This document shows, piece after piece, positions 34,600 through 48,924 of a DNA stretch of 64,000 bases. Each line of letters opens with the position of its first letter. Position 1 is the stretch's first letter. Origin of the DNA: Podarcis muralis (taxonomy: Eukaryota); the NCBI RefSeq assembly GCF_964188315.1, contig NC_135655.1, positions 46,190,001 through 46,254,000 of the forward strand, read 5' to 3'. A program made the translations under genes and the position numbers. The notes beneath the pieces are model-generated. The model worked only from the letters and a program-made list of their open reading frames with translations. It was not told where the DNA came from and made no database searches.

Positions 34600-36735
34600 A
34601 CTACCACAATAAGTGTAAGGTCAGCAAGAGATGGGACCATTTCACCAGGACTGATCTCACCCCATTACCACCCACTAGGTGGGGCTGGGCAAGGTCAGGT
34701 TTTCAACATCACAATGTTATCACCTGCCCAGTATCGTGATTTGGCAGTAAATTCCAGTGGCCAAATGGGTTTCATATTTTGGAAATACGGATTTCTATCT
34801 GATTGGTGACCAATCCTGGCAAAACTTTTCACATCAATTAATTCAACTGGAATAATGTCAAATTGTTGGACATCTAGTATTATAGTTCCAATTTATAAGA
34901 GAGGTGATCGAGAGGACACTTACAACTACTACCCAATAAGCCTCCCTGATGTCCCTGCTAATATATTTGCACAGCATATATACTGATCTACTAGACAAAT
35001 CAGAACAGTGGGTAGAAGAACACCAGGTTTTGTCCCCATTACAGGCAGGTTTTGTAAGGGGTATAGCACAATAGTGCATTGTCTTGAATTACCTTATACA
35101 AAAGTATGTAAACAGATCTTTAAAGAAGTTATGTTACATTTATTGAGCTTTCATCTTTGTTTGACTCAATAGACTGGCAACACTTATGGAAGAAACTAGA
35201 TGCCATTTCAGTTGCTAAAACACCTGCTGTTTCTTGTGAAACAACTTTATACCAATACTGACATTAAAAGTAGAGTTGGCAGGACAGGTTTTCTATCTGA
35301 GTCAATCCCAACAGTGTAGGCAGTTAAACAGGGCTGCATCTTGGCACCACTTCTATTTAATCTTTACATAAAGAACATAGGCCAGGAGCTTGCCTCCTCA
35401 TCTGATGTTTTCCCTCCTGCAGTTGGGAAACAGAAGATCCCAGTCTCGCTTTATGCAGATGACATGACACTCATCTAATCGGTAGGAGAAGGTTACACAT
35501 CAAATTTAGAAGCTACTGTAAGAGAGGACTTACAGCAAAACAAAGGTGGTGGTGGTGTTTGCCAAAAGGAGTAAACACATATGGACCATGGATGGACATA
35601 ATATCGAACAATGCCAATCATATAAATATTTAGGGCTTAATTTTTCTGAAAATACCCTATGCCACACCCACCTAGAAACAATAGCACTTTCAGCTACATG
35701 CTTATTGGGGCCCATAAAGAAACTGTATCACACAGAGGGCCACTGTTTAGTAGAACCAGCATTAAAACAAAATTGTGGCCAAGATTGTGTCTCACCTTTT
35801 ATATGGTTCACCAATCTGGGGTAACCACTGCAGGGAGGAACTTGATGTAATTCAAAATAAGTTTCTGTGTATGATATTGGCAGTACTACATAGTACACCC
35901 GGAGCATTACTAAGAACTGCACTAGGTCTTCCTTCTATAAGAGCCCATAGACACAAAACTATATTTTTGTACTTGGGAAAAATATCATTACAACCAGAAC
36001 AACACTTAGCCAAAAGATGTTTTTTTGGATTGCAGAATAGGGAAGGCTGGGTAAAATCCTGTAGAAGTCTGATGCAGAGTTATTTGATCTCTCCAACTTC
36101 TGGTCGTAAGATACGAGATATTGTGTTTAGCGAAGATGCAAAAATAGATCTTGAATACACAAAAAATTGTAAATCTGCTATTTGGTATATTAAAATTAAA
36201 ACAGACCACAAAAGGGCTATGTACTTGCAAGAACTAACTCCCCCCACCCCCCGTTAAGACATCCCAGCTCAGCTTCCAGACCATGCCTACTGAATAACCT
36301 GGCTGGGAGATATACTAGCAGACCTGCAAGAGAGCGCCTCTGTATATGTGGATCAGGGTCTATTAAGGATATTGGACATTATATTCTAGCTTGCCCATTG
36401 TATGATTCACCCAGAGCCAAATTTATCTCCCCTTTTCAGACCGCCTCAGAAGGTCAACCAGATGTCTTTAAAATTAAATGGCTGTTGGAAGATGTTGATA
36501 AATGCATCAGTTATAGGGTGGCACTATTTGCACTAGAGGCAAGAAATATAAGGGCAACCTTTATGGATAGTGCAAGTGCCAAACCCTAGGGATGATGAAA
36601 AGAAGGATTTAAAAAAAAAATTCTGGACATTGCAGATGTGTCTTGGTCTGATGTGTGTAAGGTCTTTCGTTCTGTAGTTATATGATTTGTGCTTATATTG
36701 TATTGTGATGGACATTGGCTATAAACAATAAAAAT
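34600..36735 (+). mobile_element. Degenerate non-LTR retrotransposon RT region (RTE-X-like; clade tentative)
   Basis: Fragments IVPIYKRGD..YNYYPISL, WVEEHQVLSPLQAGF, VKQGCILAPLLFNLYI, LYADDM, YKYLGL, LLYGSPIWG...VIQNKFL; many stops and frameshifts. Ends approximate. Confidence 0.8.
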
Positions 36736-37904
36736 CTATTGAAAATTTTGCAGTGTAAGTAGCTTGTATTATTTTCTTTCTGAGCAAACAGCAGTATTTA
36801 ACACACAACAATGTCCATCATTTATAATGCAGCATGCATTTATAAGCTATAAAACAAGCATGGAGAAGTTTACCATTGATTGAGTCAAAACTTAAACAAA
36901 GAATTAAACTCCTGATTTAATTAGTAACTAATCCATATCTCCCCCTTAAACCACAACCCCACATGCATGCACACTACATGAATGTGGTTAATATTTCATA
37001 ATTTATATTATCCCTATCGAAAACTTTGCATTAATTAAATTGCATTGAATTGATTTTACGTCAACATTTTTAGAACTAAGATCTATAAACCTGCTGCTAC
37101 TATTTGACCAAATAGTGACTGAATTAACTTTCTATATTAGTAGGATATGGGAGGTGGCATGGATTTACTAGGAATATATGTGAATTGATTTATTAACATT
37201 ATTTATGTGCGGACTTTCAGGTTACAAATCCTCCCATGGCAGCTTACAAGTAACATTAAACTATTTTTTAATATTTTTTTAAAAAAACCACAGCAATCAA
37301 TATTAACATACAATATCAGGATCATTCACTCAGGGTACTTGTTAGAAGGGCCATGGTGGGGTAAGGGGAAGTGACTAGCTACAGCAGGATCAGGCATGAT
37401 CTTCACCTGCATCCCCCGCCTCTCTTTGTGTATTCAAAATAATGTGTGCTTTAAAAAAATTCTCATTATAACACTTCAGCCACTCTCCTACTATGTGTAC
37501 TGGAACATGAACAAGTTTAACAGGGATACTAGAAATCAATTTCCCACAGTAAAGTCCCCCATCTAGAGTCATACATCTACAATACCACCTGGTCCAGTCT
37601 GCCACCTCCAGGTCAATAACTCAGGAATAACTTATCAAGGCTCCATGAATTCCACAGCAGGAATGATAGTAAAATTAATCTCTCATGGTAGCAAATCTAT
37701 TTTGGGGTAACAGTAACCTTGCATGAGTCATTACCAGATGCCCAGCAGGTGTTCTTTTGTGAAACCAATTTATAAGATATAAGCTAACAAAGTGGTTTCA
37801 GGCAGACATTTCTGAAGACAACTTATCAACACTTCACTGTGGATGTCTATACCGACTGACCGAATCCATGAAAAATGTGCTCATCACTAATTGTAAAATA
37901 GATG

Positions 37905-38090
37905 CAGTGGTACCTCGGTTTTCGAGCGTGTCGGAAGCCGAATGTTTCGGTTTCCAAACGCCGAAAACCCAGAAGTAAATGCTTCCGTTTTCAAACGCAC
38001 CTTGGAAGTCGAATGGCTTCCGCTGTCTGTACATGTGTTGTTGTTGTTTTTCAGTTTTCTGCAGACTGTTAGAAATCCGAGGTATCACTG
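37905..38090. mobile_element. Tigger-type MITE (second subfamily)
   Basis: CAGTGGTACCTCGG ... CCGAGGTATCACTG followed by TA; related to 57033-57145. Confidence 0.8.
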
Positions 38091-38327
38091 TATTGGGTCT
38101 AATACCTGCATTTAACTTGTAAACAGAAATTTCAAATATCTAAGATTTTTTTATATTAAAAAAATGCATATAATTACATTCTGGACACTTTTCAAAGAAA
38201 AAGTTTATGGAATCAAGTACAGTACCCAAAGATTCCTGCACCTTACACAAACCCCTCCTAGGAACTGCAGGAACACATCCTCTACCCTAAAAAAAATTGC
38301 ATTTGGAGAAAGGTAGGCAGAATGGAT

Positions 38328-38661
38328 GGGATGCGGGTGGCGCTGTGGGTTAAACCACAGAGCCTAGGACTTGCCGATCAGAAGGTTGGCGGTTCGAATC
38401 CCCGCAACAGAGTGAGCTCCCGTAGCTTGGTCCCTGCTCCTGCCAACCTAGCTGTTCGAAAGCACATCAAAGTGCAAGTAGATAAATAGGTGGGAAGGTA
38501 AACGGCATTTCCGTGAGCTGCTCTGGTTCGCCAGAAACGGCTTAGTCATGCTGGCCACATGACCTGGAAGCTGTATGCCGGCTCCCTTGGCCAATAAAGC
38601 GAGATGAGCACCGCAACCCCAGTCGGCCACGACTGGTCAGGGGTCCCTTTACCTTTACCTT
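38328..38661 (+). mobile_element. Near full-length Sauria SINE
   Basis: gggatgcgggtggcgctgtgggttaaacc, B box ggttcgaatcc, acctttacctt tail; 13-bp TSD ag(g/a)cagaatggat at 38315-38327 and 38662-38674. Confidence 0.93.
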
Positions 38662-39980
38662 AGACAGAATGGATAGTAAATCTTACTAAACTAACAGCAA
38701 TTTTGTAAACAAGCTGTTTTTTCCCTTCCAGTCAATCAGCCCCTCAAATTCAGATTTTTTTGCAGCCAAACTGGTTGCCCACCTTTTGACTATACCCGTT
38801 TCTTTCCGGGAAATCGGCAGCAATGGCAGGAGGGAATTCTGTTCATCAGCTGGCTTAGGACTCTGCCCACCCGCTGCTGCTCCCACCTTCCTTCCTATGA
38901 CTAAGGAGCCAACAACTCTCTTCCAGTTGACAAAAAAATCATCCTGGCTGATTGCTGAAAAGGAAAAGTCTTCCACATAAAAAGCAGCAGGAAGACAGGC
39001 ATCAAATTCCAAAGCATGGCCACAAAGAAAGCTCCCAGATGCAAATGAAAGCAGGCTCATCTGATTAAAAACAAAAGCCAGCATGCTGAATTGGGCCAGG
39101 AAACAGACTGAAAGGCCATGAAGTTGTCTCTAATGATGAGCCACATGATCACGGAAGCCAGCTCCAGCCTTTAAGCTGCTGTATTCTGGCCCAGCTGAAT
39201 TTTCCAAACAGTTTTCAAAGGTAGTCCCACCTAGAAAACATTCTAACTTCCAAAGAAAGCTCTGTTTGTCAGCTATCAGGCAAGTGGCTGTTTCCAAGCT
39301 TGATTAAAAAAAAAATACAATCTCAAAAATATCTAAAGTACATACACCAGTACTTTGGTCTTGGGATTTTTTACTTTCCCTGCAAGGATCTATTGTCATA
39401 GCTGGCAAGGTGCTAGGACCAAGAGCTTTGGCACAGTCAGAGAGAATATGGCCTGCATCTTCACCCATCCCACCAAATTTAAATTTTGTGACCAAAATTT
39501 CATCCTTCATGAATAAGGCTGCATGGCTGATATTCATGAGAGAGCTCTTCTCTGCACAGTTGCGAAGGTCCAGTGATGGTAACCAGCTGAGGATAACATT
39601 TGAGTTCCAAGACGGAATTAATCAAGGAATGGGACAAAAACATATCCATGTGTTTCCCAGAGACACTGATTTAATAAAGCTGCAGGCTGTCTACTGACTG
39701 AGTCCGGAAAATTTCCTTTTGTACTGTTTCTAAATCTGTGTTTTCAATTTCTTTGTGTCTACACTGCGATCAATAGCCTTCATCCTTTCTATTCCCAGAA
39801 TTCAAATACATAAGGGTTTATATGTCTTTGCTTCTGAAGTAATATTATTCACAACATACATCTTAGACAACCACCATGCCTGGCAGGTCATACAGCAACA
39901 AATTCATCATTAATAGGATAGACTTTTTCTAGGTTTAAAGTTTGAAACTACCCAGAGACATGTCAGTATGAGTACAACTA

Positions 39981-40030
<50 letters not shown>
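39981..40030. repeat. Compound (CA)n(GA)n microsatellite
   Basis: Direct reading. Confidence 0.95.
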
Positions 40031-40031
<1 letters not shown>

Positions 40032-41088
40032 AGGATTCAAAGTTTACAACTTTCTTCCATAATACATAACATAAGTGCTAGCTAGCTCTTATGTTCCCAT
40101 GGTTATTGCCATAATGTTTTTATAACCAGAACGCTAAGCAAGATTTTTTAAAAAATAAATAAAAAAAATGTGTGTGCCTGCTATTTTGCCAAGTGAATTC
40201 TCTCCCCCTCCCGCCACCATTGCCATTTCAGGGGGGGAAAGGAGGGGACAAAGATAAATGTGCAGATCCTTTTATAATTAAAATTCCAACCACAATACAG
40301 TGCATGAAAGTGCATTTATCACCCTTCTGAATGCAGTAAGAATGATTTAGAAAATATTTTATCCTTTACTGTCTTTCATTTGAAGTGAAAGCACAATTTA
40401 TTTAGGATGGATACACAGCAGAATTCTTAAATGCATCCAATCTCTCCAGCCACATCAGAATAAGCTACAAATTTGAGCTAGGAACGATTACAGCTGCTAG
40501 GGCTGTGCATCTTTTAAAATGATTGAAATCCCAGCAGACACTGCTGCAACAGGTCTAGAAATTTGCTGGCGAGAAGGAGAAAGCCTGTACCACATTATTC
40601 CCCTTCGGCCCTGTAAAAGGTGAGCTCACAGCTTAATTTTTAAAGGGATCAAGAAACCATTATGAAGAACGAGACTGGGTTAAGGGTCCACTTACAGCTG
40701 CTCATGTCAGGGAACCTACAAGCCTTTAAAGGATTTTGCATCTTGGTTTGTAAACAGTATGATACCAGTTAAGGCAAACATTTTAGATACTTTAAGACTT
40801 ATTCATCTGGATAAGCCCATCATACATCAGTTTGGAGCATAGTTTCCACAGGGATAAGCGGTCACTGTTCAACAAAGACAAGTAGGTATCAGTTACCTAA
40901 CCCGCCCCCCCCCCCGAAACCCCAACCTAACCTTAAAATCTAAGACATAGGAACATGGAAGCTGGGCAACATCAAGGCTGAGCAGGAAGCAAGGCAGAAA
41001 ACAAATGAAGGCTTAGTAAACTAGCAACCATGTGCAGGCTGTTCTTTATGCACAGGCAACTGCTTCAGGTCAGAAAAAAGGTTTAGAA

Positions 41089-41642
41089 CAATGGTTTCCA
41101 AGTACTGTGGACAGCCTGTTTTTCAAAAGCCAAGCCATTGACCCCATACTTTTGGAATTTTTGATATCTCTATGGTAGTTTTTGTTATGTGGATGGTATA
41201 TCACCCAGGACTGGTATGAGGAGCAGACCGCAATGTCAGTTTCACTCAGTGGTATATTGCTAGTGAAACTGCCACTGCTCCTGAGTCCCTCTGCTAGCAG
41301 TGTCCACTGGAGGAAGTCAAGAGTTTGAGCACCGGGGCTGTCTCAGCTGGGAGGGGGGACATTCCCTCACCCCAGCTGAGCAGCGCAAACAAGTTTCATT
41401 GTCCCAGCCTGCAAGCCTGGGTGAAACCGCCTCAGCTCATGAGGTGAGAGCTGGGGCAGTTTCACCCGGTGTCTCGTGGACAGAGACCAATGCACCTTGT
41501 TTTTTCAACATCATGATATATCACCAAACCGCAATGTTGAAAAAGCTGACATTGCCCAGCCCTAGTGAATGGTGCCACGGACCCCCTGGGGTGGGTTACA
41601 CAGAGCCCTTGGGGTCCGCAGACCACCAATTAGGAACCACTG
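41089..41642. mobile_element. hAT-Charlie-type non-autonomous element, 554 bp
   Basis: Ends CAATGGTTTCCAA ... TTAGGAACCACTG; 8-bp flanks GTTTAGAA / ATTTAGAC fit a decayed Charlie TSD. Confidence 0.65.
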
Positions 41643-42266
41643 ATTTAGACAACGGGAACTGGAACCACGCACAGAGGAAAAGGTGGTGGAAGGGAAGGTG
41701 GTTACTGGGCTAGGCTAAAAGGACATGGTAATGGTAATAGAGTAAGGCACCACTCACATGGGCCCATGTACAGGTCTCCTAACAAAGAGAAAATGTGTAT
41801 TCTCTTGACTCTCTGCACACGGTTCATACCTGATATTTTATGCAGGGGTCAATGCCACTGGGGAAAGTTTGTGTATCATCCTATTCTTTGTTATAGCTAA
41901 TTACATTCTTGATCTCACACACTGTGTTTCACCAAACTGCTTTCCAACAAGGAGGGGCATGCTGCCAATATTTTTATTCGACTTTGTAAAAATACTCAAG
42001 ATATGATCACATTTTTCAGAGGCATCCCTTTCCTGCACTGAGATTTTACACTGATAATGGGAAAAACATTGATTGAAAACACAACAAAAGGAAATGAAAC
42101 ACGGGAGAGCAAAATGATGAAACATCAGGATGAAAAATAAGTTTTTCCACCTACACATTATAGGTTTTTCACTGTCTTAGTGAATGTAACTGTTACCTAC
42201 CAACTTCTCCCCCAAACCCTATGTTTTCAAATACGCAAAGAAGTGTTTCCAGCAAATAACCACACC

Positions 42267-42526
42267 CAGTGGACGCTCGGGTTGCGAACGTGATCCGTGC
42301 AGGATGCACGTTCACAACCCACAGCATCTGCAACCCACAGTGGTGCGTCTGCGCATGCGCGGGTTGCTATTCGGCGCTTCTGCACATGCGCAAAGTGCAA
42401 TTTAGCGCTTCTGTGCATGCACAACCGCCGAAACCCAGAAGTAACCTGTTCTGGTACTTCCGGGTTTTGGCAGTCCGCAACCCAAAAAAACGCAACCTGA
42501 AGCACCTGCAACCCGAGGTATGACTG
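42267..42526. mobile_element. Tigger-type MITE (third subfamily)
   Basis: cagtggacgctcgggttgc ... gcaacccgaggtatgactg followed by TA. Confidence 0.75.
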
Positions 42527-43033
42527 TATTCCTGATACTTATATTTTGTGGAGCAAGCAAAAGGATATACTTTATCATACCTAGCAATCTGGTCTGTTTA
42601 AACTGACTTGGAAGAAACAACAAAGGAAAAGTAGAATAAACTTTGAGCTATACAGAAGACAATATTACACATATGGAAATAAATCTGTTGTACAGGTAAA
42701 CATATTTTTTTAAAATATAGCTTACAGGAGAAATAAGTGAAGGGTACATACAGCAGACCAATTTCCCCCCTGAATAACCAGCTCAAATGTGCTAAAGCAG
42801 AAGTGTCACAAGACAAGTTACATTCTTCAAACAAAGTATTCAGGAGACATAACAATTGTTTACTGCACTGGTTTATATTTAGGACAGAAATACATGCCAC
42901 AAAACAAGCTTTTTGAGATGGCTGCTTTACTGAAACATTTTTTTAAAAATCCTGCTTGCAACAGCACAGTCTTCCAACTTCAAATACAGCACAGGGAGAA
43001 ACATGCTCTGTCTGACAACTTCAAAATACACTA

Positions 43034-43195
43034 CAGTGGTACCTCGGGTTAAGAACTTTACCTCAGGATGAGAACAGAAATCATGGAGCGGTGGTGCGGG
43101 ATCAGCGGGAGGCCCCATTAGCTAAAGTGGTACCTCAGGTTAAGAATGGTTTCAGGTTAAGAACGGACCTCCGGAATGGACCAGAGGTACCACTG
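43034..43195 (+). mobile_element. Tigger-type MITE, internally deleted copy of the 20738 family
   Basis: TA + CAGTGGTACCTCGGGTTAAG ... GAGGTACCACTG; shares the ggaggccccattagctaaagtgg core. Confidence 0.85.
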
Positions 43196-43880
43196 CATGT
43201 GCAATTCAAAAGAAAATATGGCATACTATAACAGAGCAGTCATGCTTATTTGTAGACAGACTTGATTTCTTTTAAAATACTTTATGGGTGCAATGTAGAA
43301 AGTCTTGTGGCCAGAATTCCACAAATCCATCCACCAAACCATCCCTCGATCTCTGGCAAGCATGAGGAGGCTACTTCCTTCTCCCAAGTTTACAGGCAGG
43401 CGGAGGGGGAGGAAATGGTATCACCCTTTTAGTCATGCTGCACTTCAGAGGAGCTCGCAGCATCACAGAACTTCACACAACATAGACAAGCCTCTAGTCT
43501 CCATGTCAGAGACCCAACCCCTTCTCCATGCTGAGGGAGGGGCAGGGTCATAGATATGACCACCACAAATTCTGGCTGGCTACCAAAGCTTGCCAAAAGT
43601 TGTGGCAAACTGCATATGCACTCAGGCTACCAAATTTATTTATGTTTAAAGAGTGGCCAAGCAAGCCGCTTGGTATACTGTCTGGAATTTCAAAAGCCAT
43701 TTGTGGTTTATTACTAGTAATGTGAACAAGAAAGCATGTCATGAAGTTATACTCTGAGCACCCATTCAGGAGAGAGGGAGAGGGAGAAGGAGAGGGGGAG
43801 GGAGGGGGAGAGAGAGAGAGAGAGGGAGGGGGAGAGAGGGGGAGACGGAACGGAGAGGGAGATTGAGATTTACTAAAACA

Positions 43881-44119
43881 GGATTGTATCCAATGGTGGA
43901 AAGGCTTCTGTCAGTGGAACTAAAAGGGAACCAATTTTTGGTGATTCTTCTTTAGCCCTGCAGCTCCCTGCACCCCTCCTAAATGTGATCTAGAGGGTTG
44001 ATGGTGCCCTAGAGCAGTTTCAGGGGAAGCTGCAAAGGAGAGGGAGAATCACAGAAAATTGCTTCACTTCCCACTGCACTGGCTTACCATCAGCTGAATA
44101 ACACCATTGGATACAACCC
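43881..44119. mobile_element. Unclassified MITE with 18-bp TIR and apparent 3-bp TSD
   Basis: GGATTGTATCCAATGGTG ... CACCATTGGATACAACCC (1 mismatch); ACA on both flanks. Related decayed copies near 3324-3600, 6950-7455 and 32998-33233. Confidence 0.65.
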
Positions 44120-44694
44120 ACAGATCTTTTGGAAAATCTTTTGAATCCTGGCTTCTTGGTCTTCGGTTAGGCCAGGAGGGAGGGGAAAGGGCTAGCTCCC
44201 AGTCTGAAACCCTTTGCTATAAAGGAGAAGTGAAGCTTTAAGTGAAATCTGGGCAGGTTCCAGAGAAGGAAGTAAATTTTTTTTAAGATGTGGCAAGCTT
44301 GGTCAGGTAGTAGTGAATAAAATGAAGTTATTAAATACGGCCATTCTATCAAGGAGTGGTAATTTGTTACTTAAGTTGTTAGTCCTCCCACTTCTTGCAG
44401 TATAACTCAGAGAGACACTTGAAGGTTTAGATATGGAAATGTATTTAAAAATGAAAAGTTCACAAAAAGTCAGCTGAAGCAAGTGAACTTTTTAATCTGA
44501 TGCCAACACTAAACAGAGTGGGGGGATCATTTTTATTTTCCAGAGTTAAGTATTACTGATCCATAGACTAGCTGCAGGTATGTACTTACTTATTTCTGCT
44601 TGGCAGAACTTGAGATCTGTGTTATCATGCATATTCAAAACATTACTAGCCTGAAAAAGTTTTGGAGAGAGAAGCAAGATTTTCCATAATTTTA

Positions 44695-45028
44695 GACCAT
44701 TAGGTCGAGTCATGGCCGACTCTGGGGTTGTGGCGCTCATCTCGCTTTATTGGCCAAGGGAGCCGGCATACAGCTTCCAGGTCATGTGGCCAGCATGACT
44801 AAGCCACTTCTGGCGAACCAGAGTAGCACACGGAAACGCCGTTTACCTTCCCACCGGAGCGGTACCTATTTATCTACTTGCACTTTGATGTGCTTTCGAA
44901 CTGCTAGGTGGGCAGGAGCAGGGACAGAGCAATGGGAGCTCACCCCCGTCGCGGGGATTCGAACCGCCGACCTTCTGATCGGCAAGTCCTAGGCTCTGTG
45001 GTTTAACCCACAGCGCCACCCGCGTCCC
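44695..45028 (-). mobile_element. Sauria SINE lacking its terminal (ACCTTT)n tail
   Basis: Minus strand starts gggacgcgggtggcgctgtgggttaaacc with B box ggttcgaatcc; ends at ctcgacctaatggtc without the tail. Confidence 0.92.
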
Positions 45029-45962
45029 TTATTTATAACATATTAGACATCATCTAAAAGGCTGACAGTTGCTAAACAAAAAAATATTAAAATGGGGTGC
45101 TGAACTGAGGACTATTTAGGAGGATTTGACCCCTTGAAACAGTTGGATTGGGAGGTTTATTCCCTTGCCCCTCTTTCTTCTACTATTTAAAAGTGCAGCA
45201 GCATAGAAGAGGAATGGAGCTGTGGTTGCTGTCACCACCACCTTTCATTCTTGGAGTGGAGGTTTAAAATGGGGGAAAGTGGGTGGGTGGACCCACCACT
45301 ACCATCATGCAGGACGCTCAGAGCACAGTTGGCTTGGGCAGGAGGAGGTTATGTTACCTAACTTAGTACTGACAGAGGTGGAGGCAAAAGGAGAACCTCA
45401 AAGGTGCTTCGCAGTGCATTTGGTTGGGGGAGGGAGTGCCACGTAGCCCAGCAGAAAGAGGTGAGGATGGCGCAGAAGTGAAGGCATGAAGTACACTTCA
45501 ACAATGCAACATTTTGCAGAGTTTGTGCCATAAGAGGTAGGTTGTGCAACTTAACCCAACACAGGCCCAAATGCTTGCTTAACTATCTTTTACTTTGCAA
45601 GTGTGCAGGACTGCAAGCAGCTGTCTGTACCTCACATAGAGGGTGGGATACAGCTAGAAAGTTATCAGTGTGCAGTGTACCTCTTCACTGCTATGTCCTT
45701 AATACATTTCCTGAATACTGCATGTGAATAAAGATAATCAAATCCAGCCTGCCAGACAGAACAATACCTCTCCCCACTCATACTTTGTTCTGCTTTTTTC
45801 CCCAATTCTCTCCAGCCAATCCAGGGGCCAGAAGGAGGGAGAAGCCCCATTGGGCTTCTGCTGATGAGACTGGTTAGGTTAATCTTCCCCTATTTTGCTG
45901 ATTTCCTAAAATTGAAGCCAGAACATTAAGCTGCCGTACCCGAGCCACTGAATCCAATAGTT

Positions 45963-46205
45963 CAGGGGTCAGCAAACTTTTTAAGCAGGGGGCCAGTCCA
46001 CTGTCCCTCAGACCTTGTGGGGGGCTGGACTATATTTGGGGGGGGGGGATGAACGAATTCCTATGCCCCACAAATAACCCAGAGATGCATTTTAAATAAA
46101 AGCACACTGATGTAAAAACACGCTGATTCCCAGACCGTCCGCGGGCCAGATTGAGAAGGTGATTGGGCTGTATCCGGCGCCCGGGCCTTAGTTTGCCTAC
46201 CCATG
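45963..46205. mobile_element. hAT-Charlie-type MITE
   Basis: CAGGGGTCAGCAAACT ... AGTTTGCCTACCCATG; flanks caatagtt / atctagtt. Confidence 0.8.
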
Positions 46206-48924
46206 ATCTAGTTCATCACAAATCCTGGCACTGGTTCCAACTAAGTGTCAAATGCTGCACAACAAAACAAAGTAGTGAATCTAGTAAGAGACTGGGATCA
46301 AGTGTGCCACTTATAGACAACAGGAGAAGCCAAGCCCTGTTCATCTATTGTCAAAAGGTAGACATTTAAGAAAAACAAATCCAGATGGCTCAGGCTGTTT
46401 ATACCATTAGTTACAATATAAATGAGCATGTAATGAAAGATACTCAAGTGAACTCCAAATCCAGAAATGTTTATAGATATTTCAGTTTAGTAAACTAAAT
46501 GTGGCATGCTTTAAAAAGGCAAAAGTTTCAGCTGCTAGGTAGGAGGGGGTTGCGAAATCCAAATCCGGGGCTCTAAAAATACCAAAATCTCCTTTTGCTT
46601 ATCTTGCCCTGTTTTACTTTGGTAGAAACCTCAAATGGGGGGGGGGGGGGGAGAGAGAGAGAGAGAAATGATGAATATCTTTCACAAGAGGAACCCAGTG
46701 ATGTCATCGTTTAGATATGCGTAATATATATCTGCATAATACTTTCTTTTCTTTTTATACTTTTCTCAGAGCTGCAACCTTTTTGGCTAGAACTGAAATG
46801 CATCACAACTCTGAAAACAGCCCCTCCATTTTCTTTTTCTTTAATGTTAAATTATAGATCTGCTGTACAAAACGGGTTTAAATTTCTTACAAAGTTCAAG
46901 TATGACACAGAAGGCCGCCTACACAGCAGAGAAAGTGATAAAAACCACTTGCCGAACTGGGTAAAAAACACAATAGTGTAGGCGTATATGGAAGCGAGAA
47001 GGAAGAAAACTGAACTCTATTGTAGCCTCTCTCCTCCCTCCTCAAACAGGCTTCACAAACATGGGTAACTGGTTGCCTGGAAACAAAAAGAGCTAACCCT
47101 TTAGTCCAAACAGGCATCACACGATAAAGCCAAGGACAAGTCATATGAAACACATGAAGCAATCAGAAAGAATCAGACACAGTCCTGGCAATCCTATCGG
47201 CATGCCACAACTGTGGCCCACTTACCCCAGTCTTAATATCTGCATTGCTTTTTGTTAGGATGCTATAGGGAACACTGCAACTCTGACAGCCATTCCCCAA
47301 GCACCCATAATAATCAGCTGCAGAGAACAAGGCAACATTTCCCTCAGATCAGTCATGCATGGGCTATGCAAATCCATACAGAGAGACACCACCAATGTGT
47401 GTTACACCACACACAACCAGCCAGCCAGAGACAACTCACTGCCCTTCAGTGCATGAGTCACTGTGGAGTCACTTACAACTGAGAGTCTCCAGGAATCCCT
47501 GTGGACACAGGAGTGATTCTCCTTATACCATTCTCAGTGAGTGTTAATAAGTACCCCTTTGACTGCACAATATGAAGGGAAGGACAGGTGGTATACCCAA
47601 AGAGATCCCTTAGGAGGTGGCCTGCGCCACAAACCAAATAGCAAATGAGAGCAGCAAAACAGGTGACCAAGTATGGCATAAACGTGTCATGTTTCTACAG
47701 TGTGTTGGTAGCTTTAAATTGTTTTACTGTAGGCCAACCACTAAGGTTGGTTCTCCAGAAAATTCTGAACTGTAAAACATAACCTATGAAAATTAGGGTT
47801 ATTTGCATCAGAAAACTTACTGATGCCCCTAGAGCAGGAAGGAGGAACCAACTTAGTCTTACTGACCTACAATAATACCCCCACCATACACAGTTTAATA
47901 AAACACCATAGATTGTTTAACTAGCCAAAGACCAGGGAGCAGAGGAATGTTTTTGCCTGGTGCCTAAAGATATGTAAGGAAGGTGCCAGACAAGCCTCCC
48001 CGGGGAGAGCCACCGCTGAAAAGTCTGTTTTCATGTTGCCACCTCTGGACCTCTCGCAGAAGAGGCACACAAATAAGGGTCTCAGATGATGATCACAGGG
48101 TCCAGGTTAGTTCATACGGTTCATTCCATCATTCCTGATCATTGGTTCTCCATCCCAGCCTTTGAGAGTGATCTAATTTAGCACGTCTATTTTACAGGCA
48201 TTTATTAAACAAACCTAAAAATGGTGAAAGTGCCAAGCTTTCTTAATATTGTATTTGCAACTGGCATCTGGTTCATTGTTGCAACCAAACTTTTAAAATG
48301 GCAAATTCTCCACAGAAAAATAAAGCACTGGAAAGCTTTCCTCACATCTGCAGATGTTGGTGGACTCCCATTATCCCTGACTAGTAGCCATGCTGGTTGA
48401 GGCTGATAGGAGTTGGAATTTAACAACACCTAGAGGGTAACAAGTTCTCCATTTCTGGCAGCAAACATACTTACTGATTAGGCTATAACAAAAATGGGTA
48501 GAAGTTTCAAATAAGCATATCAGAAAAGATCTAGGGCACAATGGTAACTGTGTGGAGGAGGAGGAGATGATGGTGATGATTCTGTAGTTGGATAATACAA
48601 CTTTAAAATGATAATGAAAAGCATGGGCCTACATACTCATAATGTAATTTTTAATCATGTTCACAACCATCACTGTTTATTACTATCTATTATTCTTACT
48701 GCAGGCATAACAAGACTGAACACAGTAATTAAGAATATCCTAAGATTTTGTGGGGGGGACGGGACTACCATACATGGTTGCTTTCCACAATTTTACCCAA
48801 CTGTGTACCAAGAATTCTGCTCTGTTTGTGGCACACAAAACAATGTGTACATTATACAGGGAAGATCAGACTACGTAACAGGTGAATGCCCTAGCTGCAG
48901 GTACAATGGGGCTAACAGCACTTA

